A stretch of DNA of 64,000 nucleotides, taken from NCBI GenBank assembly GCA_963818475.1, contig CAWFSF010000006.1, forward strand, positions 704,001 through 768,000, given 5' to 3'. A program made the position numbers and the translations under genes. Source of the DNA: Nitrospirota bacterium. GTDB lineage: Bacteria; Nitrospirota; UBA9217. Shown one piece after another: positions 9,578 to 20,876 of the stretch. The notes under the pieces were generated by a model. That model worked only from the letters and a program-made list of their open reading frames with translations, did no database searches and was not told where the DNA came from. Each line of letters begins with the position of its first letter. The stretch's first letter is position 1.

Positions 9578-10492
9578 CTAAAGCTGACCCGCCTGCACCA
9601 GGCTGATCCTGAGCATGAGCCCGCCGAAAAGTACCAGTAACCCGACGACCATCACCGCGCTCTCGTTTGCTATGCCGGCTCTGGTGCGTTGCCAGGTGAG
9701 CCAAAGCGGCAGGAGAGCGCCGAGCAGGACCGCACCTCCCAGAAACACGAAGCCGAAAAAGCCTGTCAGAAGGGGTGCAGCGTACCGCCCTGCCACCGCA
9801 AGCATTACCGCGATCAGCGCCAGCTCGATGATCATGACCACGCGGTCGAAGCGCTCCAGATGGTCAAAGGATTCCTGTGCCGCGTTCTTTCGCCATGCCA
9901 TGGTCAGTGCAATGGCTGCTGCGCCCGTTGACGCGGCCGACGCGATAAAGATCGGGCCGTACAGCGGGTCCGTGGCTTCCCAGAGCGGACGCGCCGTGGT
10001 GTTTACCAGAACTCCGGTGTAGCCTGCGACGAAGAAACCGAAAAAGGAACCAACGGCCGCATAGATCTTGTGCGGGATCTTGCTGAACAGCGCGTGAAAT
10101 TTTTTGAGCGTTTCCTGCGTAAGCCTGCCTTCCTCAGCCAGCACATTGAGAAAGGAGAGGAACGACATGCCGCCGTAAACGAGGAGCGCCCAGGTCCCTA
10201 CGGAAAGCGGGGAGGTCAGGTTCATGTACGGGATGCCGTCTTTGGTATACAAGAACAGATGCCAGAACCGCATCGGCCGTCCGAGGTCGGCGATCAGCAG
10301 GATCGGCGTGATGCAGATCAGGGGGAATGCAATGAGATAGGCGGTCCTGCTGATCTCACGCAGCTTTTCCTTGTTCAAAAGTTCGAGAAGCGAGCCGATG
10401 AAGTATGCCCCTGCTGAAATACCGCCGATATAGAAATACAGGGCGATGTAGTACCATTCCCAGTGAGGGGATTGCGATTCGAGGGCTATCAT
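9578..10492 (-). CDS. NrfD/PsrC-family membrane anchor of formate dehydrogenase
   Basis: WEWYYIALYFYIGGISAG, LIADLGRP.RFWH, SPLSVG.W, YTGVL....RPLW. Confidence 0.9.
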   Translation of the reverse strand: MIALESQSPHWEWYYIALYFYIGGISAGAYFIGSLLELLNKEKLREISRTAYLIAFPLICITPILLIADLGRPMRFWHLFLYTKDGIPYMNLTSPLSVGTWALLVYGGMSFLSFLNVLAEEGRLTQETLKKFHALFSKIPHKIYAAVGSFFGFFVAGYTGVLVNTTARPLWEATDPLYGPIFIASAASTGAAAIALTMAWRKNAAQESFDHLERFDRVVMIIELALIAVMLAVAGRYAAPLLTGFFGFVFLGGAVLLGALLPLWLTWQRTRAGIANESAVMVVGLLVLFGGLMLRISLVQAGQL

Positions 10493-10545
10493 AATAACAC
10501 CTCCATTTAACGGCAAGCTCCAACGAACTGACAAGCACCAAGCAT

Positions 10546-10655
10546 CAAATTTCAAATCACAAATAAAACTCAAATTTCAAATTCAAAACGTTTTAGTCAT
10601 TGATGATTGGCAATTGGTGCTTATTTGATATTTGAAGCTTGTAATTTGGAATTTC
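10546..10655. repeat. Inverted pair of degenerate heptamer tandem repeats
   Basis: (TCAAATT/ACAAATA)n facing (ATTTGA/ATTTGG)n in the fdhB-nrfD spacer. Confidence 0.6.
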
Positions 10656-10661
10656 GTGAAT

Positions 10662-11471
10662 TTATTCCTTTTCTTTCTTCATCCCTCGTTCGCGGAAGCT
10701 CATGATCGCTGCCGCGGCAACGGCGATGGCCGTGACCACCGTAACGGCAGTGGACCTGAACAGCCTGCGCTGCGGAACTACGGGATGCTCGGGCTGGCCG
10801 TACACGGCGGGGGCGTCCAGGAACAGGTAAAAGACGTTCAGCCCGCCTGCCTCGTCATACCCGTAGATGTTCGCTTTGGCATGTCCCAGGGCCTTGAGCT
10901 GCGCCAGACGCGCATCGGCATTTTTCTTGAGCTCCGAGACCTCGCCGAAGGAGATGGAACCCGTGGGGCAGGCCTTGGCGCAGGCCGTGCCCAGGCCGTT
11001 ATGGATGCGGTCGTTGCAGAGCGTGCATTTGTGCACCGTGCCGGTCTTTTCACTGAAGGAGATCACCCCGTAGGGGCAGGAGGGGATGCAGTATTTGCAC
11101 CCGATGCAGACATCGTCCTGGACCACCACGTTGCCCATATCGGTCCGCACGATGGCTTTGACCGGGCAGGCGTTCAGGCAGCCGGCGTCATTGCAATGCT
11201 TGCAGGAGTCGCTTGAGAAGAGCCAGCGCGTCTCGGTGCGGTCCTTGTCGAACTGTTCGATGAATCGGACATGGCGCCAGTCCGTTGCGGAGAGATTCCC
11301 GGTGTTGTCGTAGGAATTTCCCGTGAAATTGAACGCGACCGGATAGGGCACGTCGGCAACCTTGTGAAAGTGCGAGGGCTCGCCTTCGAGGCCGTTCCAT
11401 TCCTTGCAGGCGACCTGGCAGGCCTTGCATCCGGTGCAGATGGAGGCGTCTACGAACATTCCCTTTGCCAT
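10662..11471 (-). CDS. fdhB: Formate dehydrogenase iron-sulfur subunit (FdnH-like)
   Basis: CTGCKACQVACKEWN, CKHC..AGC..ACP, CIGCKYC..SCP, KCTLC.DR....TACAKACP; C-terminal TM helix. Confidence 0.92.
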   Translation of the reverse strand: MAKGMFVDASICTGCKACQVACKEWNGLEGEPSHFHKVADVPYPVAFNFTGNSYDNTGNLSATDWRHVRFIEQFDKDRTETRWLFSSDSCKHCNDAGCLNACPVKAIVRTDMGNVVVQDDVCIGCKYCIPSCPYGVISFSEKTGTVHKCTLCNDRIHNGLGTACAKACPTGSISFGEVSELKKNADARLAQLKALGHAKANIYGYDEAGGLNVFYLFLDAPAVYGQPEHPVVPQRRLFRSTAVTVVTAIAVAAAAIMSFRERGMKKEKE

Positions 11472-14400
11472 TATGCCGCACCTCCTCTCTTGCCTGCGCG
11501 GACATTGCAGGTGAAGACCTTGCCTTCATGGATCGAGACATTGGGGTCCGCCACCAGAGCCGAGAGGTTGTTCACCACGTCGCTCTGCGCCCGTCCCTGC
11601 CAGCCCCAGTGCCAGGGAAGGCCGATCTCGTGCACGGTCTTTCCGTTGATCGTGAAGGGCCGCATGCGCTGCGTCACGAGCGCCCGGGCCTGGATCTTGC
11701 CGCGCGCAGTCTCGATCGTCATGTACTCGGCGTTCTTGATGCCCTTCTCCGCTGCCAGCTCCGGCGAGATCTCGCAGAAGAGCTCGGGCATCAGCTCCGC
11801 GAGCCAGGGCAGCCAGCGCGTCATGACCCCGGTCAGATGATGCTCGGTCAGGCGGTAGGTGGACACGACGATCGGATAGTCCGGGTCCGCGACCTTATGG
11901 TAGGGGTTGCCCGGGATCTTCCAGGTCTTTGCCACCGGGTTCGACTGCTGCTTGTACAGCAGGTTCGCAACCGGCGATTCATAGGGCTCGTAATGCGTCG
12001 GCAGCGGACCGTCCACCAGGCCGGCAGGCGCAAAGAGCCAGGCCTTGCCGTCCGGCCGCATGATGAAGGCGTCGTTGCCCGAAAGCCAGTCAAAGCCGAT
12101 GCCGTTGTCCTTGCCGCGAAAAACCGGCGCCTTGGTCGGCTGGAAATCGATGCCTTCGCCGGAAGGGGAGACCCATGAGCCGCGTGTGATTTTGCCGACT
12201 GGGTCTTTCACTTCTTTGTTCGGGTCCCAGTAGACGAGCTTCTTTTTTTCGGACCAGGGTCTGCCTGCTGCGTCCGCGGAGGCGCGGTTGTACATGATAT
12301 GCCGGTTCGCGGGCCAGGCAAAGCCCCAGTTGGGCGAGATCCAGTTGTCGCCCTGACGGCTGCGAGCCCTGTTCACGCCTTCCGCCGGAATGACGCCGGT
12401 ATAGATCCAGGCGCCGCATACGGTGGACCCGTCCTCTTTGAGGTTCGCGAAAGAGGCAAGCGGCTTTCTGTCCTCCCAGGTGTAGCCGTTGATCTCCTTC
12501 AGTACCTTGTACGCCGACGGCTCGTCCTTGATGCGGAAGTTCGCCACCTCGGCGGGCTCGGGTTCGTAATCCCAGAACAGGTTCCTGATCGCCCAATCGA
12601 GGTCCCTTGAAGACGAGGCATACATCGTTCTTCAGCTTCTTGCCCGAGATGGTACGTGAACCAGATGTCGCTTCTCGCATCATCAGGCGGATCGGCTGCT
12701 TTTTCGTGCTGCTGCAGAAGCCGCTGGGTATTCGTGAACGAGCCCTCCATCTCGGCCACCGCCGCAGCGGGAAGGAAGAAGACCTCGGTCTTGATGTCCG
12801 ATGATTTTACCTCGCCCTCCTTGATCTCGGGAGAGTTGCGCCAGAAGGCCGCGGTCTCGGTTTCGAAGAAATCGCGCACCACCATCCAGTCGAGCTTTGC
12901 GAGCGCTTTGCGCTGGAACCGGGCATTCTGGCCGCCGACAGCCGGGTTCTGGCCCATCACGAAAAAACCCTTGATCTTTCCGTTCATCATGTCAACGAAC
13001 ATGGGCAGATGGGAATGGTCGCCGGTGATCTTGGGGTGGTAGTCGTAGCCGTAGTCGTTCTCTTTTGTCGCTGCATCTCCCCACTGGGCCTTGAAGTAGG
13101 ACACTGCGAACTTGGGGTAATTGCCCCAGTAGCTCGTTGAGACCGGCACGGCCTCGGTGAGGATGAAGTCCTTGAACGTATCATGGTTCTTGCGCGCATC
13201 CGGCATGTTCAGATAACCCGGAAGGGAGTGGTAGAGCGTGGCGATGTCCGTCGAACCCTGGATCGTGGCATGTCCGCGGAGCGCCAGCACCCCGCCGCCC
13301 GGCCTGCCGATATTGCCCAGGAGCGCCTGAAGCATGCCGGCCGTGCGGATGATCTGGACCCCGACCGTATGCTGCGTCCAGCCTACGGCGTACGTGATGT
13401 TCGCGGTCTTTTCGCGGCCGGAATTATTGAGCAGCGTGTCGGCAACCTTCAGGAACTTTTCCTTCGGACAGCCGCAGATCTGTTCGACAATCTCGGGCGT
13501 GTACCTGCGATAGTGCCGTTTTACGATCTGAAAGACCGTATGCGGATCTTTCAAGGTTGGATCGGTTTTGGGCCTTCCCGGCACTTTCTGCAGCAGGAGG
13601 TCGGTGAAGGTCTTTGCTTCGGCCACGGAAGGGGCAGGCGCGGGATTCCGCTGATAGGACCAGCTCGCGTTCGAGTATGCCTTGCCGTCTTCCGAAAGCC
13701 CGGAGAAGAGGCCGTTCAGCTCTTCGGTGTCCTTGAAATCGGGATTCACGAGCGTGGCCGCGTTCGTATAATTGAGGACGTATTCTTTAAAGAAGGGGTC
13801 CGTGTTCCAGCGTTTGCTGTTGATCACATGACTGATGATCGCGCCTAGGAACACGATGTCCGTTCCCGCGCGGATGGGGGCGTGGATATCGCACATGGCG
13901 GACGTGCGCGTAAAGCGCGGATCAACATGCATCAGCACCGCGTTGTGGTCCGTCTTTGCCTTGAGCGGCCAGCGGAACGCCGACCGGATGGCATTCCGCC
14001 ATGTTGGAGCCCATGATCATGACCGCATCGGAGTTGACCAGATCGCGCGGAAATGTGGTTGAACCGCCTCTTCCGAAGGAGACCCCCAGACCGGGGACCG
14101 TGGAAGAGTGTCATATGCGCGCCTGGTTTTCGAGGTAGACCACGCCGAGAGCGTGCATCAGCTTCTGATGCGTGTAGTTCCACTCGTTGTCCATGGTCGC
14201 GCCGCCAAGGGACGCAAGAGCGTAGGTGTTCATCACGCGTTTCTTGCTTGAACCGCCCTTGTTCGTCCGGCATGTCCTGGAACTCGTTGAAATTCGCATC
14301 GCGGGTCTTTTTCGTGAGCTCCGCAATCCTGTCCATGGCCCAGTCGAGCGGCTTTTCCTCCCAGTGGTCGCTCCCCGGCGCCCGGTACTTGACCTTGGTC

Positions 14401-14714
14401 CAGCGCTGGTCATTGTTCACCAGCTGGTAGGTGGCCGCGCCTTTGGGGCAGAGGGTGCCCAGGTTGATCGGCGAATCGGGATGGCCCTGGATATCGATGA
14501 CCTTGCCCTGGTCATCGACCATGACGATCTGGGCGCAGCCCACGGAGCAGTAGGGGCAGATGCTCGGCACCTGCTTGCCGGACTTCATCGGTACCGTCTG
14601 CGTCTGCTGCAGCTTGCCTGCATCCGCACCCAGGCTTAAGCCCTCCGCTGCCGCAACCGCGCCGATAGCTCCTGAGGAGATCTTTAAGAACTGCCGTCGG
14701 GTGACATCCTTCAT
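11471..14714 (-). CDS. fdhA: Selenocysteine-containing Mo/W formate dehydrogenase alpha subunit (three apparent frameshifts)
   Basis: Tat signal TRRQFLK; CPYCSVGC..LCPKG; ENQARI-TGA-HSSTVPGLG; ALRGH; TYRLTEHH; frame changes near 14250, 13975, 12635. Confidence 0.9.
14068..14113 (-). promoter_or_regulatory. Sec codon (TGA at 14113-14111) and bacterial SECIS hairpin
   Basis: Minus strand TGA CACTCTTCCACGGTCCCCGGTCTGGGGGTCTCCTTCGGAAGAG: upper stem CCCC/GGGG with GGTCT loop, lower stem CTCTTCC/GGAAGAG. Confidence 0.88.
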
Positions 14715-15066
14715 GGTGATCCGGTCTCCTTTCAGATACAATGACGTAAACACTATTTCTGCTACTAAATTATTCGTAACCGTTATTTTTTCTAATACTT
14801 TGGGTTAATTGCGTATATATATACTATATAAAAAAATGGTAGCGCGATATAAACACACTGTCAAATCCTCATGATCGTCTTTGAGAAGTTTTTGCACGTT
14901 GCCTCAGTTTCTCTCTTGAATCGCAATACGTATAGTCGTACTATTAAAGCAATGCCGGGACCGGTCCGGGTGCATTTCATGCCCGATGACCGGCCGCGTG
15001 ACAGAGCTGTTTATTTCTTATTTACCACAAGCACTCAACTGAAGTGCGGCCCGCAAGGAGTTCAGC

Positions 15067-15699
15067 ATGGGAAAACAAATAAAGGCTGTTTTCGTGTTTA
15101 TCCTCTTTGCCTCGACAGCAGTCGCAGGTGAAAACAGAATCAATGTCGCCAGCATCGATAGAAATCTTCCCTCTAACGGGGGCGCACGAAATGTACCCCG
15201 GCCGATAGTCGTCGAAAAACATGAATACTATGAGGTCAATGGGCGCTGCGAAAAAGACTTGCGGTGCGATATGGCACAAAAGGGCTGCAGGTGGGACGAC
15301 GGGAGTATGTACGATTCCGTCACCAGCTGGAGCTGGCAGTGGGAGTACGGCCATGACCACTCTTGTACTCCTGACGCCGTAATCGTGACCATGGAAATAA
15401 TCTCCCGTTATCCCAAATGGGTACAGACAGCTGGTGCTCCTCAATCCCTGGTGAATAAATGGAATGATTACCTGCAGAGCCTTGTCATACATGAAAACGG
15501 TCACCGGAATATGGCGGTGGAGGCGGCGACTGAGTTTAGCCGTGCTGTAGCAGCATTGCCCTCTGTCCAAAGTTGTTCCGAGCTGGACAGGATGGTGCGG
15601 ACCCTCAGTCGCGAGTGGATGGAGAAGCTGGATGCGGATTCAAAGGAGTATGACCTGGCCACCAATCATGGCGTTACACAAGGCGCCTTGTTTCCCTAA
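15067..15699 (+). CDS. DUF922-family secreted Zn-dependent protease
   Basis: Signal peptide; EYYEVNG, P.W, W..Y...L..HENGH, EYD..TNHG.TQGA. Confidence 0.85.
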   Translation: MGKQIKAVFVFILFASTAVAGENRINVASIDRNLPSNGGARNVPRPIVVEKHEYYEVNGRCEKDLRCDMAQKGCRWDDGSMYDSVTSWSWQWEYGHDHSCTPDAVIVTMEIISRYPKWVQTAGAPQSLVNKWNDYLQSLVIHENGHRNMAVEAATEFSRAVAALPSVQSCSELDRMVRTLSREWMEKLDADSKEYDLATNHGVTQGALFP

Positions 15700-15725
15700 G
15701 GAGTTGAACTCCTTGGCCTGAATTA

Positions 15726-15757
15726 TATGAGGCCGGCCAGAGCTGGCCGACCTCATA
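15726..15757. terminator. Hairpin between convergent genes (probable bidirectional terminator)
   Basis: TATGAGGCCGGCCAG-ag-CTGGCCGACCTCATA, 14/15 paired. Confidence 0.55.
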
Positions 15758-15831
15758 ATCACATCGGGAATTTCAATGCGAGCTGAATGGGCGTCCACGC
15801 GCCGGATCAGTTAATGACCCCGTCTCCAAAT

Positions 15832-16224
15832 TCAATAACCGGAAATTCTGCTCGGGTCGATATAGTTCAGAAAAGTATCAGGCTCAATCCTCGCGCCGCC
15901 TGCCGCCGACCCTCGAAATTCCTTAAATGCTGTTGGCCCCGTGCTGACGACGCCGGTCTCCGGATCAACATAGCCGGGAACCCTGCTCGGGTTGATATAG
16001 TTCATAAAAGTGTCTGGCGCCGTGCTCATCCCGCCTGCAGCCGACCCTCGATCGATGAATAATGCTTGCGGTGCCGGCAGGGTAGCGGCCCCGGTCTCCG
16101 GATCAACATAGCCGGGAACACTGCTCGGGTCAAGCGTGTTGATAAGGGAATCAAATTCCGCATAAGCTGTTCCAAAAGCAAGAACAAACCCTGTTATTGT
16201 TACTATGGCTATTAACTTTTTCAT
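15832..16224 (-). CDS. Small secreted protein with ~44-aa internal repeats
   Basis: Signal peptide (AYA); repeats of D..(I/M/L)N..(D/N)PS.(V/I).GY(VDPETG) separated by RGSAAGG; RBS gaggtg. Confidence 0.75.
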   Translation of the reverse strand: MKKLIAIVTITGFVLAFGTAYAEFDSLINTLDPSSVPGYVDPETGAATLPAPQALFIDRGSAAGGMSTAPDTFMNYINPSRVPGYVDPETGVVSTGPTAFKEFRGSAAGGARIEPDTFLNYIDPSRISGY

Positions 16225-16367
16225 TTTTCGTCACCTCTTTTCTTTCAATTTCCTTTCTTGTGTTAATTATACCGCCCTTATATCGAGAAAAAGATATTGG
16301 CTGACAGTTCGACCTGATTTTTATTCCTGCTACCTCTGGTCCTCAAGCATCTTTCATCCTAAAAGCG

Positions 16368-16528
16368 GCATTTGGACACGGAAGAATCGGAAACATCTGA
16401 TTACCAGAAGTAGGCGCTTCTAAGCGACGCGGATAAATTCTAAAGCATTCACCTGTTGGTGAACCTCGTATAAAAGAAATAATCCGCCGTTATCCGGCTC
16501 TTATCCGTGTTTATCCGTGTCCAAATGC
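16368..16528. repeat. Palindromic element with 9-10-mer tandem arms
   Basis: 15-bp perfect IR GCATTTGGACACGGA / TCCGTGTCCAAATGC with (TTATCCG..)n repeats. Confidence 0.65.
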
Positions 16529-16688
16529 TTTTTTAGGGTTCATGTCTTTGTCCCGGATGATTTTGTGCGTTCAATTTTTTCTGTTCGCCGCCGATCTCGG
16601 ATCAAAGTTAAGTAAATTTCAATATACTGAAAAGTTGATTTCTGGTACACTCATGCATATTTCTGTATAAAAAAGGAGGAGTAGTCTC

Positions 16689-17147
16689 ATGAAAAAAATC
16701 AGCATTGCAGTCCTGTTGTTTCTCATCACCGGTTTTGCGGTCGTCGCCCATGCGGGTCTGGATGATTTTATTCGCCGGGTCAATGATCAGGCCAAAGCTG
16801 ACATAAAAAGCTTTAACACCAAGTTAAGCGCGCAGTTCGGCATACCCGTTCCGAGGGTGGACGAGATACTGAAGGTCGTTGCCGCACCGGCCGATGCTTT
16901 TATGGTCCTCCAACTCGGGCAGATGGCCAACAGGCCGCCCGAAGCGGTCGTACCGACCTACCAGGCGAACCGGGACAAGGGATGGGGTGCCATCGCGAAG
17001 GAACTCGGCATAAAGCCCGGCTCTGCTGAATTCCACGCCCTCAAGAACGGCGATCTCGCCTTCACGGGTAAGGCCGCCGGTGGCAGTCAGGACCATGGCT
17101 CAGGAAAAGGGAAGGGAAAAGGGAACGGCCACGGCCGCAGGAAGTAA
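16689..17147 (+). CDS. Secreted helical hypothetical protein with GKGKGKG tail
   Basis: Strong RBS aggagg; signal peptide; KGWG.IAK.LGIKPGS.EFHALK motif. Confidence 0.75.
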   Translation: MKKISIAVLLFLITGFAVVAHAGLDDFIRRVNDQAKADIKSFNTKLSAQFGIPVPRVDEILKVVAAPADAFMVLQLGQMANRPPEAVVPTYQANRDKGWGAIAKELGIKPGSAEFHALKNGDLAFTGKAAGGSQDHGSGKGKGKGNGHGRRK

Positions 17148-17192
17148 TCTGGATCTTGCCGTACCCGTTTTCCGACTTCTGTGAAGAACCGG

Positions 17193-17244
17193 ACCCTGCA
17201 CGTTGGGCAAAACAATTATGGCTGTCCAACGGCAGGGTTTTTTT
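17193..17244 (+). terminator. Probable intrinsic terminator
   Basis: ACCCTGC-CGTTGG..CCAACG-GCAGGGT stem followed by a T-run. Confidence 0.55.
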
Positions 17245-17339
17245 ACATAACCGTCTATCAGGGAATGACGGCATGTATCCTATAGCGTCGGGGTTCATTC
17301 CCGACGTTCCCGGCTGATACCTAAAAGAAGCGAGGATAT

Positions 17340-18915
17340 TTGAATTTAATCCTGAACAATTTGCGCATAGCTGTTGAAAAAGACGGGAAAGATGAATACC
17401 TAAAAGCAGCTGCACAAAAATTGAACGTTTGTGAGACAGCCATACACATCGTCAAGATGCTGAGCAAGTCGCTTGATGCCGGCGACAAAGAGCAGTTCTA
17501 CTACGAAATATCGCTCGTGATCCATACTCCCGACAGCTTTGACAACAAAGAAAACCTTCCTGTATACACCGAAAAAATACCAAAAGAACGAGAATCAAAA
17601 AACAGCGCAGAGCGGCCGGTCATCATCGGTTTTGGTCCTGCCGGCATGTTCGCCGCTCTTGAGCTTATTGCCTATGGGCTCAAACCGATCATATTCGAAC
17701 GGGGTAAAAAGCTGGAAGAGCGGACCCTTGATGTCCGGAAATTCATGAACGAAAAGGTGCTCGACCCTGAATCGAATATCCAGTTCGGCGAAGGCGGAGC
17801 AGGTTCCTATTCCGACGGGAAGCTTTTTTCCCGGAAAATCAATACGGAATATATCAACAAGGTGCTGGATACGTTCATTCAGTTCGGTGCGCCTGAAGAG
17901 ATAGGGTATATCAGCAAGCCCCATCTCGGAACGGACGTGCTGTGCAGGATCGTCCGCAATATACGGAACCATATCCTCGAGCAGGGCGGGGAGATACATT
18001 ACCGCTCAAAAATGACGGACATGCTTCTGTCGGACAATGCGGTCGCCGGCGTCGTCATAAACGGGGAAAAGGAATATCGTTGTTCAAGCCTCTATCTTGC
18101 CGTGGGGCATTCCGCGCGCGATACCTTTGCAATGCTCCGGAACAAAGGCATCGTCCTCGAGCAGAGGCCGATCTCGGTAGGGGTGCGGGTGGAGCATCCG
18201 GTGGAGGTCATCAATCGCATGCGCTACGGCGATAAATATAAGGACTTCTCCCGCATCGGGGCCGCCACGTATTCGCTGAATTACACGGACCGAAAAATAA
18301 GAAGGGGAGTGTATACCTTCTGCATGTGCCCGGGCGGCGAGGTGATGAACGCCTCATCCGAACAGGGACTGCTGGTCGTGAACGGCATGAGCTATTCCGC
18401 AAGGGCATCGGCATTCTCCAATGCGGCCATCGTGGTGACCTGCCAGCCCGGCGATTACGGATCAGCCGACCCCCTGGCCGGGATCGAGTTCCAAAAGAAC
18501 ATCGAGCGAAAGGCTTTTCAGGCCGGAGGAGGGAATTGGTGCGCGTCCCGCTCAGAACCTGCCGGATTTTTTGAACAGGAAGACCTCGGGCAGTATAAAT
18601 GAAAATTCCTGCGCCACGGGAACGGCAGCGGCGGATATGCATGATATATTTCCCGCCTTTGTAAACGATGCGCTCGTGGCAGCCTTTAGGACCTGGGAAA
18701 AGCCCTATCCGTCATTTGTTTCCCCTCATGCCGTGTTGATCGGTGCTGAAACAAGAACCTCGGCGCCGCTCAGGATCACGCGCAGTGCGAGATTTGAATC
18801 AGTGAACATCAAAAACCTGTACCCCATCGGCGAAGGCTCAGGCTATACCGGCGGGATAACGAGTTCAGCAGCTGATGCGATAAGGGCTGTGGAGGCTGTT
18901 CTGTCATCGCTCTAA
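17340..18915 (+). CDS. FAD-dependent oxidoreductase (HI0933-like/uncharacterised dehydrogenase family), one frameshift near 18550
   Basis: IIGFGPAGMFAA, NIQFGEGGAG.YSDGKL, KPHLGTD, VYTFCMCPGGEV, then ETRTSAP and LYPIGEG.GY.GGI.S.A.D in the next frame. Confidence 0.85.
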
Positions 18916-19109
18916 CACGTGCTGCTGCATTACCGTTTACCGTGTGCGAGCTTGAGAAACTCCGCAGCTGTTGACTTCTTCCAGTACTCGTGGAGTTTCT
19001 GTTCTTTGCAAGAATCTCATTTTCAACTTTTATTTTTCAATCAATATCACCTTCACCATACGACATCCGCCCTATGACACCCCGTTCCATTGCATTACGT
19101 TTCTACGGT

Positions 19110-19265
19110 GGTCATCTGCCGCAAACTCGTGATGTCCCTCAACGGCGGGGCGCCGAACAAGCGACCGTACTCGCGGCTGAATTGGGAGGGGCTCTCGTAG
19201 CCGACCTGAAACGCTGCGGTTGTCGCATCCTGATTTTCGGCGAGCATCAACCGCCGCGCTTCGTT
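19110..19265 (-). pseudogene. C-terminal fragment of an AraC-family regulator
   Basis: Minus strand reads [45 protein letters not shown]. Confidence 0.8.
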
Positions 19266-19269
19266 CGGA

Positions 19270-19547
19270 ACACAGCAGTCAATGATGCAGGCGATCCATG
19301 CTACCCGACCCGGCGGCTATATTGGCTATGTCGGCGTCCCGCGCACGAGCTGTTCTTCGGCCACGTCCACCTTCACGGCGGCCCCGCGCCGGTGCGCCGC
19401 TACCTGCCCGATCTGATCGGCCTGGTGCTTAAGGGGAAGATCAACCCTGGCCAGGTATTCGACCTGACCCTGCCACTTGATCAGGTTGCCGAGGGCTACC
19501 GCGCGATGGACGAGCGCCGCGCGATAAAGACACTGCTGCGGCCGTAA
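19270..19547 (+). pseudogene. C-terminal fragment of a Zn-dependent alcohol dehydrogenase
   Basis: [21 protein letters not shown] then GGPAPVRRYLPDLI..V..GKINPG.VFDLTLPLDQVAEGYRAMDERRAIK. Confidence 0.8.
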
Positions 19548-19627
19548 GTGCAAAAAAGCAGAATTAAGAAGTAAGAAGTGTAAAGTCATTCTTCATAATT
19601 CTAACTAGATTGAAAGGGGAGATGCCC

Positions 19628-19951
19628 ATGTCAGACAGCGATGTAAAAAAAGCGACGGATGAGTTGAAGGCACTGGCACCGGATTATGCGCAATTGACGC
19701 AGGACGTTCTTTTCGGTGATGTTTGGAAACGTCCACCGCTTTCGCAGCGCGATAAAAGTCTGATTACTGTCACCATCCTTGTTGCACTGAACCGTATCGA
19801 ACAGGTTGAATTCCATCTAAAGAAGGCTCTGGAAAACGGGCTTACGAAGGAAGAGCTTGTGGCTGCGATCACGCATATCGCATTTTACGCCGGATGGCCA
19901 ACAGCGGCGTCGGGGCTTAGTCACTTGAAAAAAGTGCTTGATCAGAAATAA
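19628..19951 (+). CDS. Carboxymuconolactone decarboxylase family protein
   Basis: LFGDVW.RP.LS.RD.SLITV..L.AL, FHL..A..NGLT.EEL...ITH.AFYAGWP. Confidence 0.9.
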   Translation: MSDSDVKKATDELKALAPDYAQLTQDVLFGDVWKRPPLSQRDKSLITVTILVALNRIEQVEFHLKKALENGLTKEELVAAITHIAFYAGWPTAASGLSHLKKVLDQK

Positions 19952-20000
19952 GTTAGTTAGTAATTAAGGAATCAAATTTTACTCAAAACGGCAAGAATAT

Positions 20001-20104
20001 TTACCACGAAGAACACGAAGTTCACGAAGAAAAACGTATAAGGCCGTTGTTAAAGACGTTAGCACATTGAATTCCTTCGTGCTCTTCGTGGCCTTCGTGG
20101 TGAA
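20001..20104. repeat. Palindromic nonamer-repeat element
   Basis: (CACGAAG..)x3 facing (CTTCGTG..)x3. Confidence 0.7.
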
Positions 20105-20145
20105 AAGATTTTGGTTCCGGCTTGGCCGGTTAGGAGTATTTCATT

Positions 20146-20679
20146 ATGAATGTAACTAATAAGAAATGCCTGATAGCCTATTATTCCCGGAGGGGACAAA
20201 ATTATGTCAGCGGCAGGCTTGTCGATCTAAAAGTCGGCAATACCGAAGTTGTCGCAAACATGATCCAGAAAATGACGGGCGGCGATCTGTTTCATATTGA
20301 ATCCGTCACAGCCTATCCCAAAGAGTATACGGAAACTACGGAAGTTGCCAAGAATGAACTGCGTACCAAAGCCAGGCCGAAGCTGACAGGACGTGTTGAA
20401 AACATGAAGGGTTATGATGTTATCTTCCTAGGATACCCGAATTGGTGGGGAACGATGCCCATGCCGGTGTTTACTTTCCTGGAAAGCTATGACTTTTCCG
20501 GAAAGACAATTGTTCCCTTTTGCACCCACGAGGGAAGCGGACTGGGCCATAGCGAGAAGGATATTGCCAAAGCATGTCCCAAAGCGAGCGTGCTAAAGGG
20601 AATCGCTATTCATGGAACCAATGCGAGTTCCGCGAATTCAGATGTGTCGAATTGGATTGATGGGCTGAGCTTCCCCTGA
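20146..20679 (+). CDS. Flavodoxin (Flavodoxin_4 family)
   Basis: LIAYYSR.G, GNTEVVA, YDVIFLGYPNWWGTMP, PFCTHEGSG. Confidence 0.9.
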   Translation: MNVTNKKCLIAYYSRRGQNYVSGRLVDLKVGNTEVVANMIQKMTGGDLFHIESVTAYPKEYTETTEVAKNELRTKARPKLTGRVENMKGYDVIFLGYPNWWGTMPMPVFTFLESYDFSGKTIVPFCTHEGSGLGHSEKDIAKACPKASVLKGIAIHGTNASSANSDVSNWIDGLSFP

Positions 20680-20876
20680 TCTCGACAGCAAAAAGGAGTC
20701 GCTATGACCCGCCGTGCAATTGCCTGACCGATCGGTCTTCCCCTAATATCACTGTTCTGAAATAGTACTATAATAATAAACAGAAGGCTAAAACACGAGC
20801 GGTGGTTTCTGATACTTTATGTCCCGAAAGAGCGTTGTTGCATCGGAGAATCGAGGCGTAAAGTGGAGGAGGGATT

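Noticed and set aside
11188-14639. Long plus-strand and alternate-frame ORFs over the fdh operon
   Set aside because: Shadow ORFs typical of high-GC coding DNA, with no recognisable motifs
18990-19547. 185-aa ORF as a real gene
   Set aside because: It is a read-through across an antisense AraC fragment and an alcohol dehydrogenase tail
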